DNA from: a virus | IMG/VR virus record: IMGVR_UViG_3300045988_010678 | Coordinates: 1-5,679 of that record | Direction: 5' to 3' (one strand) | DNA: 5,679 bases | Shown here: positions 5,361 through 5,679 of the stretch, piece by piece | Layout: each line of letters opens with the position of its first letter | Position numbering within the stretch: position 1 is the stretch's first letter | Program-made: the position numbers and the translations under genes | Notes under the pieces: model-generated | Databases searched by the model: none | Told to the model about the DNA's origin: nothing | The model's input: only the letters and a program-made list of their open reading frames with translations

Positions 5361-5538
5361 AGTTTTCAACACTTTCAACACTTTCAACAGGTTTTCCACA
5401 AAAAGTTGCACAAATGGTTTTGTGCATATTGCTACACTTTCAACAATTCAACAAGTTTTCAACAAAGTTTTCAACATCAAAATGATTCATAAAATATTGT
5501 TCCATGGATAAAAATTTATAGTTTTCAACATTTCAACA
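5361..5538 (+). repeat. Iteron-like array of nine same-orientation TTCAACA copies, with a tenth at 5628-5634 (equivalent to 4-10)
   Basis: TTCAACA starts at 5365, 5374, 5383, 5439, 5447, 5458, 5470, 5524 and 5532. There is a perfect 9-nt tandem tttcaacac/tttcaacac/tttcaacag at 5364-5390. The 11-mer AGTTTTCAACA occurs at 5361, 5454, 5466 and 5520. The variant GGTTTTCCACA is at 5390-5400. Confidence 0.9.
5407..5426. other. Small perfect hairpin within the iteron region
   Basis: tgcacaaa (5407-5414) pairs with tttgtgca (5419-5426), with a 4-nt loop tggt. Confidence 0.6.
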
Positions 5539-5583
5539 CTCCCTACTACTGCTACTACAACAAGTAAATAATAAAATAATAAA

Positions 5584-5629
5584 AATCGTTCGTGCGCGTG
5601 CGCGATTTCGTGCGCGTGCGCGAACGATT
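5584..5629. repeat. GC-rich composite element: a tandem 17-nt direct repeat that also forms an imperfect 21-position inverted repeat
   Basis: ttcgtgcgcgtgcgcga occurs at 5589-5605 and 5607-5623. Each copy contains (CGTGCG)2CG, which is strictly alternating pyrimidine/purine. The outer arms aatcgttcg (5584-5592) and cgaacgatt (5621-5629) are perfectly complementary. The element is flanked by AT-rich tracts at 5562-5583 and 5631-5644. Confidence 0.9.
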
Positions 5630-5679
5630 CAACAAAATAAAAAACACTCAGCCCAGTATATATACTTGATAGTTACTGG
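5625..5679. repeat. Second copy of the terminal overlap (identical to 1-55)
   Basis: Exact 55/55 identity with the window start. Confidence 0.95.

Noticed and set aside
5197-5427. 76-aa minus-strand ORF (MHKTICATFCGKPVESVESVENS...).
   Set aside because: There is no SD upstream of its ATG. Its VESVESVE segment is simply the translation of the 9-nt tandem iterons. It also spans the GC-rich inverted repeat and the predicted promoter of the Cys-rich gene. It is more likely non-coding, although its stop just before the next SD means it cannot be excluded completely.
5361-5538. The repeat array considered as a CRISPR array or tandem satellite.
   Set aside because: The repeat units are only 7-11 nt with irregular 1-47-nt gaps, far from the 24-40-nt repeats and regular spacers of CRISPR. 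There are no cas genes, and the genome is a 5.6-kb phage.
5482-5563. Minor motifs: the atgaTtcat palindrome, ccatgg, and ctactactgctactac.
   Set aside because: They are short and low in information, and are compatible with chance in an AT-rich spacer.

Overview
The window is one complete circular ssDNA phage genome of the family Microviridae, Gokushovirinae-like, plus a 55-nt assembly overlap. Bases 1-55 are identical to 5625-5679, so the unit genome is 5624 nt. All credible genes are on the minus strand, so the minus strand is the mRNA and virion sense.

Reading the minus strand from high to low coordinates, the layout is:
- a roughly 440-nt non-coding control region (5185-5624)
- a self-contained promoter-gene-terminator cassette for a 60-aa cysteine-rich protein
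- a tightly packed operon of small genes: a possible 34-aa CTG-start ORF, a 75-aa ORFan, a 33-aa highly basic J/VP8-like peptide and a 32-aa transmembrane peptide. The last two are below the ORF-track cutoff and were found by hand translation.
- the conserved core: VP5-like, VP3 scaffold, VP1 major capsid, a hairpin, VP2 pilot/minor capsid, VP4 HUH replication initiator, and an intrinsic terminator

The most unusual content is in the non-coding region:
- ten same-orientation copies of TTCAACA, four of them as the 11-mer AGTTTTCAACA and three as a perfect 9-nt tandem
- one exact DnaA-box consensus match next to a small hairpin
- a GC-rich nested inverted repeat
- an AT-rich tract followed by a 46-nt GC-rich element that is both a tandem 17-nt direct repeat of alternating pyrimidine/purine (CGTGCG)n and an imperfect long hairpin

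Together these look like an iteron, DNA-unwinding-element and hairpin origin or control module. Such a module has not been characterised for gokushoviruses. All plus-strand ORFs in the track look like antisense shadows.
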